Source: Squalus acanthias (lineage: Eukaryota). Taken from it: 64,000 nt of DNA. The notes under the pieces were generated by a model. It ran no database searches. It was not told the DNA's origin and saw nothing but the letters and a program-made list of their open reading frames with translations. Both the position numbers and the translations under genes were made by a program. This document shows, piece after piece, positions 63,126 to 64,000 of this stretch. The stretch lies in assembly GCA_030390025.1 (NCBI GenBank), contig CM059425.1:178500001-178564000 (forward strand), in the 5' to 3' direction. Every line of letters starts with the position of its first letter. Within the stretch, counting starts at the first letter, position 1.

Positions 63126-64000
63126 AGCAGTATCCAGTGCCATTTATGTTTGCCATTAGGAATGTTGTGCTTCTGGCAGCATGAGGAAGAAACACCTCTT
63201 GAAGTGGTCACTCTGTGTTGCCAGTGTTGCCAGAAACTGGTTCTGCCTCATTTATATTACAGTATTACCGCTGAAGTCACTGGCAGTGTTATAATGTAAA
63301 TTAATGATCAGACTTTCAAATGCTACTCAACATGGGACTGAGCAACAGATTCCCTGCAAAACATTTTGAAATGTTAAAACCAGTATTTCTCTTTCATCCT
63401 GAATGCACATTACTCTCTGATCTAGATTGATGTTTCTCTCTGACAAATACAAATCACAACATTTTACAACAGCTGCTTTTAAGGCTGCTGAAATCTAGGA
63501 AAAACCCATTTAATTGTATGAGCAGGTCTGTGATAAAAAATAATTCTGTATGTTCTTAGTACTTCAACCCTTTGAGGGTTGCACCAAAATCCAGTCTTTC
63601 ACAACAGGATATTTTGTGGGACTCCGCACATGTGGCTCAGTTGTTAAATTCTTGGATCTGAAATTTCAGTTCTCATGGTCTGCTGCCAGAATTGTTGTGG
63701 GGCAAGGACTTATACCTGCTCAATGGGCCCGACACTAACCCTGGCCGTGGTCAATTACAGGGTCAGCCTATTACAATATTGATGTCTGGGACAAAAGCAC
63801 GAGTCCCACCAGCAATTGGTGCACTGCGCCTGGGATGTTTGGAAAATATGTGAAGAGGGGGGTTACAAGAAGTCCTTGTGAGGGCACAGCTGCAGCAGTT
63901 AAAGGTAGACTGCTCTTAAAGCAGAACTAATGTGCAGGAAAACAAAAACATGGCTCTAACAGGAGCAAGGAGAGAATGATAGAAAGAGTATTCTTACAAG

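Overview
Repeat-rich vertebrate nuclear DNA. The repeat families (CR1 LINEs with SGNH-esterase ORF1, Tx1-like L1, L2 3' ends, tRNA/Deu-type SINEs, Penelope-like termini) point to a cartilaginous fish; this is inferred, not searched. No host protein-coding exon could be named. Every recognisable ORF belongs to a non-LTR retrotransposon: a 5'-truncated but single-frame Tx1 ORF2 (5834-9514, 14-bp TSD), two near-full-length CR1 elements (about 9590-14055 on +, 57520-61708 on -) and many fragments. DNA-transposon MITEs are defined by TIR plus TSD: PIF/Harbinger-like (3371-4185, 14349-15182, 42763-43456, 40368-40468), hAT-like (22929-23068, 57222-57373) and Tigger/pogo-like (25040-25458). The unique sequence between about 15 and 53 kb looks like 5' introns and alternative promoters of an unidentified minus-strand gene. 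Highlights: (1) two CR1s share a nearly identical ORF1 N-terminal region but carry divergent ORF2s, with a visible breakpoint; (2) a Harbinger-like MITE family conserves a ~90-nt GT-AG intron followed by a hairpin array whose structure, not sequence, is shared; (3) a 133-bp Penelope-derived insertion with a 13-bp TSD carries a minimal hammerhead core; (4) a 73-bp templated insertion was copied from ~770 bp downstream. All comparisons were made by eye.
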